Shown here: one piece after another, positions 55,594-64,000 of the stretch
Position numbering within the stretch: position 1 is the first letter of the stretch
How the letters are laid out: the number at the start of each line of letters is the position of its first letter
From: an uncultured Candidatus Saccharibacteria bacterium
GTDB taxonomy: Bacteria; Patescibacteriota; Minisyncoccia; Phycocordibacterales; UBA918
Direction of reading: 5' to 3'
Length of the DNA: 64,000 nt
Assembly (NCBI GenBank): GCA_964493145.1
Contig: CAZBMV010000001.1
Span: 54,623-118,622 of the forward strand
Notes under the pieces: model-generated
Databases searched by the model: none
Told to the model about the DNA's origin: nothing
Seen by the model: the letters and a program-made list of their open reading frames with translations, nothing else
Program-made: the position numbers and the translations under genes

Positions 55594-56002
55594 TCGGCAT
55601 CAACTATACCACGGGGTCCTCAGGGGGAGATTTTGTGGATAAAAGAGAGGGAGAAATATTACACAATAAAAAAACACCCTGTAAATACTCCAAAAATGCT
55701 TGTTTTGAGGGCTTAAACTACCCTCACCAGCGCACTGTGGAAAAGGCAAAAAAGCAAGGTTGACCCCCCTTCTCCCTCCGCTATCATGGTAATCGTACCC
55801 TCAAATGAGGATACCGCATGGAGCGTCAATGACCGCTCTTTTTGTTTCAGGCAGACGCCTCACACTTCGCGATACATAATAATGTGTGAGACTAAGCTTC
55901 CCGATTGACCGTAGTGGATGAATTGCGGTGAGACCATAACACACGTATATAAAACAGTTTTTCAAGGACTCTTTTTCACCAAGGATACAAAATGGTGAAA
56001 GG

Positions 56003-57037
56003 ATGACATACATTCATACTCCGTGGTTCGCTCTGGAACTCGGAATTTTTGCTGTGGCGGTTGTTCTTCCCCTCTCGGTCTCGGCTGGCTTCCTAGCCCC
56101 ATTCTTTGGTACGGCGTCAGCAGATACTGAGGAGTGGGCTCCGATGTCTACTCGCACAAACTCACAAACGGTACCCCTCCTCCGTGCCGCACTCAACATT
56201 GATCCGAATCCTGCGAAAGGAGGGGGTGACATCATCATTTCAGAGGGTGCACTCGTTGCGAATGGTGACATTGACGGAGTCGGTGATGTGGCAAACACAA
56301 AAACCATGAATGGCGAGATTAGCGTGTACGTTGTTCGCGAGGGAGACACGCTCTCGCAGATTGCGCAGATGTTTGATATCAGTTCAAAGACGATTCTCTG
56401 GGCAAATGACATTTCAAATCCCTCAAAAATTCGCCCCGGCGACTCACTCCTCATCCTTCCGATTACCGGCGTGCGCCACGTGGTAAAGAAGGGAGACACT
56501 ATTGCATCAATCGCGAAAAAGTACGAGGGTGATGTGGATGACATTCTCGCGTACAATCAGCTCGCGTCGGCAAACGATGTGAGTGTTGGTGACACGATCG
56601 TTGTTCCGGGTGGTACGATTGCGACTCCCGCACCAGCGAAGAAGACCGCGCCATCGTACGCGGGGAGCAGGATTGTGGCAACAGGAAACGGTAGTTCGGG
56701 ATACACACATCCACTCCCAGGAGCGGTACGCACCCAAGGGCTCCACGGATACAACGGTGTTGATTACGGGGCGCCTGCAGGCACACCTATATACGCAGCT
56801 GCGGATGGAGAGGTCATCGTTGCAAAAAATTCGGGATGGAATGGAGGGTACGGGCTCTACGTTGTCGTGAAGCATGCGAACGGCACACAAACCCTCTACG
56901 CGCACAACTCACGAAATGCGGTCGCCGTAGGAGAGGTTGTCTCGGCGGGACAGGTTATCGGATACGTCGGAAGCACCGGTAAGTCTACGGGTAATCATCT
57001 CCACTTTGAGGTACGTGGTGCGAAAAATCCTTTCTAA
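56003..57037 (+). CDS. LysM-domain M23 peptidoglycan DD-metalloendopeptidase
   Basis: Two LysM repeats (YVVREGDTLSQIAQMF, HVVKKGDTIASIAKKY) and M23 motifs HNGVDYGAPAGTPIYAAADG and HLHFEV. Confidence 0.85.
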   Translation: MTYIHTPWFALELGIFAVAVVLPLSVSAGFLAPFFGTASADTEEWAPMSTRTNSQTVPLLRAALNIDPNPAKGGGDIIISEGALVANGDIDGVGDVANTKTMNGEISVYVVREGDTLSQIAQMFDISSKTILWANDISNPSKIRPGDSLLILPITGVRHVVKKGDTIASIAKKYEGDVDDILAYNQLASANDVSVGDTIVVPGGTIATPAPAKKTAPSYAGSRIVATGNGSSGYTHPLPGAVRTQGLHGYNGVDYGAPAGTPIYAAADGEVIVAKNSGWNGGYGLYVVVKHANGTQTLYAHNSRNAVAVGEVVSAGQVIGYVGSTGKSTGNHLHFEVRGAKNPF

Positions 57038-57073
57038 ATCCGGAAACGCCGCGGCTTCACCCACGGCGTTTTG

Positions 57074-57712
57074 CTATTTTTTGTTCTGAATAAAAAACAG
57101 TGCGGTGGCGGTTACGGCACCGAGCGTATCGGCGAGCATGTCTTTCTGCGCGTCCCACATGTCGCCTTGACTTCCGAGGTACGCCGCGCCAAGTTCAGGT
57201 GCGGCGTTTGCGGCATACAGCCACTCTATGAGTTCGTATCCCATCGCGATTGTCGCAATGGTGAAAATGGGATAGGTAAAGAGGAGAAAACGATTCGCAA
57301 CAAGTTTCTTTACAGAGAGCCACTCGGCAATCGCGTACGCATAGAACCCAACCGAAAAGTGCGCAATCCGGTCAAAGTGGTTTCGCTCAAAATCAAAGAG
57401 GTCGGTAACAAAGCCGAAGGGAACCTGTGCAAACGTCCAGTGCCCGCCGATGGTGTGGAGGTAGATGAGCACAAACATGAGCCCGTACGCCGCCTTTGAA
57501 AACGTCACACCGCGCGCATAGAGAATCAAAATAATTCCGACGATGATCCACACCGTAAGATTTTCAACAAACCACGTCGCGCGGTCGGTGGGGTGGAATG
57601 CGAGAACGGTAAAGAGAATAGAATAAATGATAAGCAGTGTTCGTAAAAAAGTATGTTGAAGCATGCTTGTAGTATATAACGCCGCCAGCCACTTTTTATA
57701 ATAAAACCGCAA
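57074..57712 (-). CDS. polytopic membrane protein (YjdF/DUF2238-like)
   Basis: 212 aa, 6 TM helices; tentative family. Confidence 0.4.
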   Translation of the reverse strand: MRFYYKKWLAALYTTSMLQHTFLRTLLIIYSILFTVLAFHPTDRATWFVENLTVWIIVGIILILYARGVTFSKAAYGLMFVLIYLHTIGGHWTFAQVPFGFVTDLFDFERNHFDRIAHFSVGFYAYAIAEWLSVKKLVANRFLLFTYPIFTIATIAMGYELIEWLYAANAAPELGAAYLGSQGDMWDAQKDMLADTLGAVTATALFFIQNKK

Positions 57713-57779
57713 GCCATTCGGGCTTTTTCTTTTTCAACGGTCAGTACTTTCTCTCCCAAAAAATTAGGAAAATCACATT

Positions 57780-57813
57780 TATACCATAACGCGCATATGC
57801 GCGTTATGGTATA
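57780..57813. promoter_or_regulatory. perfect 34-bp palindrome TATACCATAACGCGCAT|ATGCGCGTTATGGTATA between the TrmB-like regulator gene and the membrane-protein gene; candidate operator
   Basis: Seen directly; 8 nt after the regulator stop and ~70 nt before the downstream start. Confidence 0.45.
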
Positions 57814-57821
57814 AACGGTGG

Positions 57822-58610
57822 TTACGGGAGTTTGATATGTTTTGGTTTCTCAAATTCCCCGCGAGTCCGTTCCCAGAGTATCTCAAAGATGTCTTTCATT
57901 GCGCGGGCGAGCTTTTCACTTTCAATAATGAGTGCTTGCTTTGAACCTGGGATAACAATGCGGACTCCCCATTCAAACATCTCAAACGAAGTATCTGCCG
58001 CATAGAGATTTGTTGGGAGAAAGCGTGCAACTATGCCACCGTCACCGGTGAGAAATTTTTCATACGATGCAAGCGAGGCGTCATCAGGAGTAAAGGCACG
58101 TACCGCGATGTTGTGTTTTTGCTTATATTCATTCCACGGTAAAAAAACAGATTTCTCAAGTTCAACATCAACATCGGTTGCACGTGCAAAAAACCCGACG
58201 ATTTCTTTCCCGTGAAATTCTTTGAGGCGGTAGTCGTATGCCTGCTTGAGACCATCAGTTCCCTCAAAGTAGAGGATATTCGGCTTTTCACTGGTTTTTC
58301 GTTGAAGCGCCATGAGTTCCGGAAGTGCGCGCTTCACCGAGCGGAGTTTCTGTTCGGCGTCCTCAACATACGCTTCCGGTGATCGTGCCATGTATAGTTT
58401 ATTTTTCTCTCCGGTCACCTGTATGATGAGTCCTTTCTCAACAAGTTCCTCTGCGATGACGTAGGCGGTCGGCCGCTTGAGCCGCGCACGCTTGGCGATT
58501 TTATAAGGAGTTGATGGACCAAGTTCAAGGAGCGCGAGGTACACACGTGCCGCTTTATCACTCAAGTTTAGATTCTTCAGTTGTTCAACGAGATCTTCCA
58601 TATAGCGCAC
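57822..58610 (-). CDS. TrmB-family transcriptional regulator
   Basis: N-terminal wHTH LSDKAARVYLALLELGPSTPYKIAKRARLKRPTAYVIAEELVEKGLI plus TrmB-like C-domain. Confidence 0.7.
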   Translation of the reverse strand: MRYMEDLVEQLKNLNLSDKAARVYLALLELGPSTPYKIAKRARLKRPTAYVIAEELVEKGLIIQVTGEKNKLYMARSPEAYVEDAEQKLRSVKRALPELMALQRKTSEKPNILYFEGTDGLKQAYDYRLKEFHGKEIVGFFARATDVDVELEKSVFLPWNEYKQKHNIAVRAFTPDDASLASYEKFLTGDGGIVARFLPTNLYAADTSFEMFEWGVRIVIPGSKQALIIESEKLARAMKDIFEILWERTRGEFEKPKHIKLP

Positions 58611-58728
58611 ATGGTACTACAGAGTAATATTATAGTCAATAAAATTGACAAATACAAACTAAAGCACAAATTATCCTTATGATAAAACAAAAAATAAAGA
58701 AAGCAGATAAAATAGATAGTCAGATATA

Positions 58729-58757
58729 TTGACGAGAATGATACCGTGTGGTAGTAT
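58729..58757 (+). promoter_or_regulatory. sigma70-like promoter TTGACG-N17-TAGTAT
   Basis: Near-consensus -35 and -10 with 17-nt spacer, ~90 nt upstream of the small ORF whose RBS is AAGGAGAG. Confidence 0.5.
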
Positions 58758-58844
58758 ATACGCAGATGATACGGAAGTATCAAGAACTTTGAATCCGCGA
58801 AATTCTTCGCACCGCACCTCGGGCACTGGGGTAAGGAGAGACAA

Positions 58845-59105
58845 ATGGATATCTACTTGGTAAGGAATACATACGGATGGGATGGCGCCGAGATGTGGGG
58901 GCGAACTGTCGGCGATGTGGCACACGGACCTGTTGGTGTGTTTTTCACCCCAGAACTTGCCGCAGATGCCTGCATCGCCATGAGAATGAAATTCGTTTTC
59001 TCCGGCGATTGGTCATATCCCGAAATCCGTCCTGAATGGAAAGATTGGTTTGACGACAAATACCATAATGTTTACATAGAAAAATGGAACATTATGGGTT
59101 CGTAA
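58845..59105 (+). CDS. hypothetical small protein (86 aa)
   Basis: Strong SD (TAAGGAGAG) 6 nt before the ATG, with the promoter upstream. Confidence 0.55.
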   Translation: MDIYLVRNTYGWDGAEMWGRTVGDVAHGPVGVFFTPELAADACIAMRMKFVFSGDWSYPEIRPEWKDWFDDKYHNVYIEKWNIMGS

Positions 59106-59378
59106 TCAATCTTTCCACGCAGACCCCAGTCTGACTGCGTGTAATAAATGAATGGGACGCTCGTAGAGAATACAAGTACGAGCATGGTGGGGCATAAAAG
59201 ACCGAACCCCTTCCAAAAGCTTTTCCGGTAGATACGCTTAGACTACCCGTTCGCCCTTACGTGAAAGTGGTCTGGCGAGTTGAGTGAATTCACCTCCTCG
59301 CCATCTTTATACAGTTTTTAAGGAAACTTGAAAACTTTTAGAGATTTGTTCCTTCAAAATCAACCTGAGGAGACGAAC

Positions 59379-59651
59379 ATGAGTGAACAGCAACCGAGAA
59401 TGAGCGTTTCGGGAACCATTGTTGAGGTTCTCAACGAGGGGCTTGCCACCTTCAAGGTGAAGACGAAACTGGGTTTCGCATTCGTCTGGGTGTGGGAGGA
59501 AGTTGAAGTGAACTTCCGCGTCGGTTCGGCCTTTGAGGTCACCGATGCGCCGGTCACATTTGACGGCGGCTACCCCATAGCGACAATCAAGCCCGGTACC
59601 ATGTTCTTCCTCAACGGAACGAGGTACGAGACACATGACCCCGAGGCCTAA
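59379..59651 (+). CDS. hypothetical small protein (90 aa)
   Basis: SD GAGGAG 6 nt upstream of ATG (MSEQQPRM...); beta-rich. Confidence 0.5.
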   Translation: MSEQQPRMSVSGTIVEVLNEGLATFKVKTKLGFAFVWVWEEVEVNFRVGSAFEVTDAPVTFDGGYPIATIKPGTMFFLNGTRYETHDPEA

Positions 59652-59910
59652 CATGGAGCAGGTTCCGAGGCGACCTGAACAAAACGTCTCAAACAACACG
59701 CCCGAATGGTGGAATCACTTTCACCCTTCGGGCTTTTTCTTTTTGGGCACGTATACCATAAGTTCCGATCGGAACTTATGGTATAAATATTTTTTGTGGA
59801 ATCTTAAGTGCAAACCGTTACACGTCCCGCGTATCCTACGCACACCCGTATGTCTATTGACGGTAATATATAAATTTGCTACACTTTATATACAGTAAAT
59901 TCATATATTT

Positions 59911-61053
59911 ATGAAACCAATAATTAAGCGATTTTACACGAGCAAAATCAATTCCCTTCTTGAACCCGGCAAGGTGCTTGTGGTGTACGGACCGCGTCAG
60001 GTTGGGAAAACGACACTCATTCATGGGTTCCTTGAGGGGTATGAGGGAAGGGTGTACCAAGGAACCGGCGAGAACGCTCCTCTCGCCGAAGTGCTTGAGT
60101 CACACGACGTGGCAAAGATAACGTCGTATTTCAGTGGGTACGACCTCATCTTTATAGATGAGGCACAACGGATAGAGAAGATCGGTCTCGCACTCAAACT
60201 CATTGTCGACCATCTTCCTCATGTGCGTGTCATCGCGACCGGCTCATCGTCGTTCGAACTCTCAAACAAGATTGGCGAACCACTCGTTGGAAGACAGCGC
60301 ATTGTCACACTGTTTCCGCTCTCCGTCATGGAACTCGTCGGACATTTCGGCGGAGCATTCCCGCATGAACGGCTCGGTGAGCTTCTCGTTTTCGGCGCGT
60401 ACCCTGAGGTACTCACCACGCTGTCGCTTGAGAAGAAAAAAGAAACCCTCGCGCTCCTCCGTGACGGGTATCTGTATCGAGACATTCTGGAGCTTGAGAA
60501 TCTGCGCAACAGCAAAAAGGTACTCGACCTTCTTCGACTCATCGCGTTTCAGATCGGGAAAGAGGTGTCAATTCAAGAACTTGGAACGATGCTCGGCATG
60601 AGTCGGAAAACGGTTGAACGGTACCTGGATCTTTTGGAGAAGGCGTTTGTCCTGTTTAATGTGCGCGGATTTTCAAGGAACCTTCGCAATGAAGTGACGA
60701 AGACATCGCGGTACTACTTCTACGATATCGGCGTTCGCAACGCGGTGATTGATAATTTTAACGCCATCAACGTTCGCTCGGGTGATGATGTCGGCATGCT
60801 CTGGGAAAACTTTGTCATCGCTGAGCGCATGAAAAAAAGAATGTACCACGGCATTCACGCCAACATGCATTTTTGGCGCACATGGCAGCAGCAGGAGATC
60901 GACCTCGTGGAAGAGCGCGATGGAAAATTGTTCGGATATGAACTGAAGTATGCAAAACGTAAAACAAAAATTCCGCCACAGTGGAGGGAAACGTACCCCG
61001 CCGCCTTTTTTGAAACAATCAGTACGGACAACTATCTTCCGTTCATTACGTGA
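59911..61053 (+). CDS. AAA-family ATPase with DUF4143-like C-terminal domain
   Basis: Walker A GPRQVGKTT, Walker B LIFIDEAQ, and a C-terminal helix-turn-helix-like segment. Confidence 0.7.
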   Translation: MKPIIKRFYTSKINSLLEPGKVLVVYGPRQVGKTTLIHGFLEGYEGRVYQGTGENAPLAEVLESHDVAKITSYFSGYDLIFIDEAQRIEKIGLALKLIVDHLPHVRVIATGSSSFELSNKIGEPLVGRQRIVTLFPLSVMELVGHFGGAFPHERLGELLVFGAYPEVLTTLSLEKKKETLALLRDGYLYRDILELENLRNSKKVLDLLRLIAFQIGKEVSIQELGTMLGMSRKTVERYLDLLEKAFVLFNVRGFSRNLRNEVTKTSRYYFYDIGVRNAVIDNFNAINVRSGDDVGMLWENFVIAERMKKRMYHGIHANMHFWRTWQQQEIDLVEERDGKLFGYELKYAKRKTKIPPQWRETYPAAFFETISTDNYLPFIT

Positions 61054-61079
61054 TGAGGGCGAACGATGTTTTGAAACGT

Positions 61080-61207
61080 TCTAGAACTCATTTCAAACCC
61101 CATCTGCTTTGTTGCGTTCGTCGCTCAAACACTCATCGTATATTGAATACGCCTCGTGTTCTCGCTTCTCCGCGTCTCGCATCTTAGGTTTTGAAATGAG
61201 TTCTAGG
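61080..61207 (+). ncRNA. structured repeat element, family 1, copy C
   Basis: 20-bp outer inverted repeat TCTAGAACTCATTTCAAACC/GGTTTTGAAATGAGTTCTAG around the core CTCAAACACTCATCGTATATTGAATACGCCTCG. Confidence 0.4.
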
Positions 61208-61282
61208 TCTTCATTCTGAAGCTGGGCGCTTCAAGCACGTGTGACTCTTTCAGTGCATCGGATTCTTCAAGGTCGGCTATCG

Positions 61283-61379
61283 TGAGAAAGTCCGGGGGAC
61301 TTTCGCAAGAGGTTGTCGACAAATTTTGGTTTGTGTAAACCAAAATTTGTCATACAACCTGAACAGGTTCTGTAAGAAA
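61283..61379. ncRNA. structured repeat element, family 2, copy 2
   Basis: GTGAGAAAGTCC-GGGG-GGACTTTCGCAAGAGGTTGTCGACAA-[hairpin AATTTTGGTTT-GTGTA-AACCAAAATTT]-GTCATACAACCTGAACAG-GTT-CTGTAAGAAA. Outer stem GGTCGGCTATC/GATAGCCGACC overlaps the comM stop. Confidence 0.4.
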
Positions 61380-61389
61380 GATAGCCGAC

Positions 61390-62913
61390 CTATGTTTTGG
61401 CGCGATAGTGGAGTGCTTCAAGAACGTGCGCTTCCTTGAGGTCGGGCGAATCGTCCAAGTCAGCGATTGTCTGCGAAACTTTAATGAGGCGATGGTAACT
61501 TCGCGGGGAGAGTCCAAGTTTTTCTGCTGAGCGCTTGAGAAGGTCGCGAACCGCGGGTGTCATGTGCACGCGTTCATCAATATCACGTGACGACATTTCT
61601 CCGTTTGCGTTGATGCCACTTCCCCTGAATCGCTCGTACTGGCGTTTGCGCGCGTGCATGATTTGTTCACGTGCACGGTCAGTTTCACCACGAGTTCCAG
61701 GAGAGGATACCCTCTTTTCCGTGAGCGTATTGTAGTCAACGTGCGGTACCGAGAGCCAGAGATCAATACGGTCAAGAATTGGCCCGGAAATTTTGTGCTT
61801 GTACGTTTGGAGCATCTGTTGCGTGTAGTCGCCGCGCTCATCGCCACCGCGAGTTGGGTTCATTGCCGCGACGAGAATAAAATCTGCGGGAAAAAGTGCG
61901 CTCGCCTGAACACGAGAAATGGACACGACCCTGTCCTCAAGCGGTTGACGGAGCGCATCTATCGCACGTCGCTCAAATTCGGGAAACTCATCCAGAAAGA
62001 GCACCCCCTTATGGGCGAGGGTCACCTCTCCCGGACGCGGGTGCGTACCGCCACCGACGAGCGCGGTGTATGACGCGGTGTGATGTGGTGCACGAAAGGG
62101 CGGGCAGAGTGAAACGCTCTCCCCAGTTCCTGCAACCGAGTGAATGGAAGTCACCTCGAGCGCCTCTTCGCGCGTGAGTGGCGGAAGAATTCCTCGGAGT
62201 GCTCTCGCGAGCATCGTCTTCCCCGTCCCCGGTGGACCGACCATGATGACGTTGTGCCTCCCGGCGGCAGCGATCATAAGTCCGCGCTTCGCAGACTCTT
62301 GCCCGCGAACGTCTTCAAGACGGACGGCACTTTCACTCCAGAGTGTCTCAATTTGGGTTGGTGGTATTTCGGGTATGCGTGCGTGATCATCACGCGTCGT
62401 ATCAATGTGCCTGATAACCTCGGTGAGCGTGCGCGCAGGCGTGATGCGTATTCCTGAAATGAGTGCCGCCTCCTCTCTGTTCTCATAGGGGACAACGACT
62501 TCGGAAAAGTGTGCGGATAGCGCTTTGCGCACAATGGGGAGGACACCGCGTACCGGGCGGAGTGTACCATCAAGGGAGAGTTCACCAATGAAGCAGATAC
62601 TTGAGACATCGGCGCGCAGTTCTTCTTTCGCCATGAGGTACGAAATCGCAATGGGCAAATCAAAGAGAGGACCTTCCTTCTTGAGGTCTGCGGGAGCGAG
62701 CGAAATAACCACTTTGTGATTCTCGCCCTTTGGTGCGGAGAAGCCGGAATTCTTAAGGGCGCTGTTCACCCTGTCGCGCGCTTCCTCCACCGCCTTCCCC
62801 GGAAGACCGACAATGGTAAACGCAAACAGACCTCGCGAGAGGTCTGTCTCCACCGTAACGATGTCGGCGCTCGTGAGCGAAGGCTGTGCGGAGTGAACAC
62901 GTGCGATCGCCAT
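61390..62913 (-). CDS. comM: YifB/ComM-family Mg-chelatase-like AAA+ ATPase
   Basis: N-terminal Lon-protease-like region, Walker A GPPGTGKTMLA, and a C-terminal Mg-chelatase subunit ChlI-like domain. Confidence 0.8.
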   Translation of the reverse strand: MAIARVHSAQPSLTSADIVTVETDLSRGLFAFTIVGLPGKAVEEARDRVNSALKNSGFSAPKGENHKVVISLAPADLKKEGPLFDLPIAISYLMAKEELRADVSSICFIGELSLDGTLRPVRGVLPIVRKALSAHFSEVVVPYENREEAALISGIRITPARTLTEVIRHIDTTRDDHARIPEIPPTQIETLWSESAVRLEDVRGQESAKRGLMIAAAGRHNVIMVGPPGTGKTMLARALRGILPPLTREEALEVTSIHSVAGTGESVSLCPPFRAPHHTASYTALVGGGTHPRPGEVTLAHKGVLFLDEFPEFERRAIDALRQPLEDRVVSISRVQASALFPADFILVAAMNPTRGGDERGDYTQQMLQTYKHKISGPILDRIDLWLSVPHVDYNTLTEKRVSSPGTRGETDRAREQIMHARKRQYERFRGSGINANGEMSSRDIDERVHMTPAVRDLLKRSAEKLGLSPRSYHRLIKVSQTIADLDDSPDLKEAHVLEALHYRAKT

Positions 62914-62922
62914 ACCCTTTTA

Positions 62923-63294
62923 CTACGCGAGCGTCCCCTCTTCTTCGCGGTGCGCGATGCACGTGCGCGCAGTAGGATTTATCATGAGACGCTTCTCTTC
63001 AATTGCGCCTCCACAAATTTCACACGCACCGAATTTCCCCTCTTCAATTTTTGCGAGCGCGCGAAGGATGCCGTTGTATCGCTTCTCAAGCACCGCGACG
63101 AGTGCGGTGCGTTCATCCCACGCCTCCACACTGTCGGCGGCGAGATTTTGGTCCGGCTCTTCCGCATCCAATTCTTCGGGAACCGCAATCCAGTCGCTCG
63201 GATTTTCCGGGTTGTGAATGCCAATGACGGAAAGTTCATTGGTAATGTCCGCAAGCATTCCTTGAAGTTGTGTTTTGTAGTCGTGTGTACTCAT
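62923..63294 (-). CDS. DksA/TraR-family zinc-finger protein
   Basis: C-terminal CEICGGAI...TARTCIAH zinc-finger-like motif. Confidence 0.5.
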   Translation of the reverse strand: MSTHDYKTQLQGMLADITNELSVIGIHNPENPSDWIAVPEELDAEEPDQNLAADSVEAWDERTALVAVLEKRYNGILRALAKIEEGKFGACEICGGAIEEKRLMINPTARTCIAHREEEGTLA

Positions 63295-63324
63295 GGTAAA
63301 AAGTATACCACTTTTCAGAATCTA

Positions 63325-63978
63325 TTAGAATCGTTCTATGATTTCTGTGAGCGCGCCACTTCCCGCTGTAATCACAACGGTGTCTTGGTTAACGAACGAG
63401 TATACGACAACCTCGTTCCCCACGTCGTCATAGAGGACGCGGGCGGGTTTGTTGTTCACAATCGTGTCCCTGAAGAACATGCTCGTAATCGGCGACGAGG
63501 AGGTAAAGAGCGGCGTGAGGTCGGCAAACATGTACTTTTCCCACGTGAGAAGTCCCACAAAGAGTGCGTCAAAGTTGTACGATCTGATGACGATGAACGG
63601 AACTTTTTCATTCATGGCAACGCCACCAATCATGAGGGCTGGTTCAAGTGCGCGTATTGTTTCTTCACTGAGCCGTGTCCCGAGGAAAGCAAACAACTCC
63701 TCTGCAGTCGCAACGTGTGAAACGGGATCACCCATCACGACCGGGTAGAGTTGAACCGACGCGTGAGAAGAATGCGCAACTTCATTTTTAAGTGCGGTGA
63801 GAAACGAAACAGGGTCAGATTCAAGTGCGATTGAAAGTTGCTCCTCGGTTTTGAAAAAGGCGGGAATGGTGAGTGTCTCTTGTGCACCGTCACCGGTCTC
63901 ACCGCGGAACAGCATGACGGATACGCTCGCGCCAATCGCGAGAATAATTCCCACAACAACGGCACCCCCGAGCATCAT
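63325..63978 (-). CDS. membrane-anchored hypothetical protein
   Basis: N-terminal TM helix; the reading frame stays open to the window end, so the true start may lie beyond 64000. Confidence 0.4.
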   Translation of the reverse strand: MMLGGAVVVGIILAIGASVSVMLFRGETGDGAQETLTIPAFFKTEEQLSIALESDPVSFLTALKNEVAHSSHASVQLYPVVMGDPVSHVATAEELFAFLGTRLSEETIRALEPALMIGGVAMNEKVPFIVIRSYNFDALFVGLLTWEKYMFADLTPLFTSSSPITSMFFRDTIVNNKPARVLYDDVGNEVVVYSFVNQDTVVITAGSGALTEIIERF

Positions 63979-64000
63979 CCATGTTGTTTGGGAAAGTTCA

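Overview
This 64-kb window looks like a chromosomal segment from a small-genome bacterium, consistent with Patescibacteria/CPR but not provable from sequence alone. It spans the replication-origin neighbourhood: dnaA and dnaN on the minus strand with an AT-rich intergenic region between them, and a divergent rpmH-rnpA-yidC set on the plus strand. The rest is mostly housekeeping:
- DNA and cell-wall genes: a partial RNR large subunit, polA, holA-like, tsaE, ruvA/B/C/X, pcrA, PBP1A, murE-like, uppS.
- Translation and RNA genes: tyrS, ksgA, rplS, rpsT and 9 tRNA genes.
- Type IV pilus genes: pilB and a pilMNO operon.
- A 10.5-kb T4SS-like cluster on the minus strand: TrbC/VirB2-like pilin, VirB4, PrgI/VirB3-like, VirB6-like, and several secreted proteins.

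Non-coding DNA is unusually structured:
- Almost every tRNA carries a 14-25-nt duplicate of one end 30-170 bp away; a 2.7-kb three-gene accessory islet lies between such duplicates at tRNA-His.
- Two families of structured repeats (3 and 2 copies) show compensatory stem changes.
- Four ~70-nt structured units sit in tandem after tRNA-Lys.
- A perfect 34-bp palindrome occurs three times; two copies bracket a membrane-anchored PaaX-like regulator gene.
- A 21-bp inverted repeat sits in-frame inside ksgA.

Several ORF-track ORFs have spurious N-terminal extensions (overlapping tRNAs or neighbouring genes) and are trimmed to internal starts below. The RNR gene (1..2567, minus) and rpmH (38843..38980, plus) are real but absent from the ORF track.
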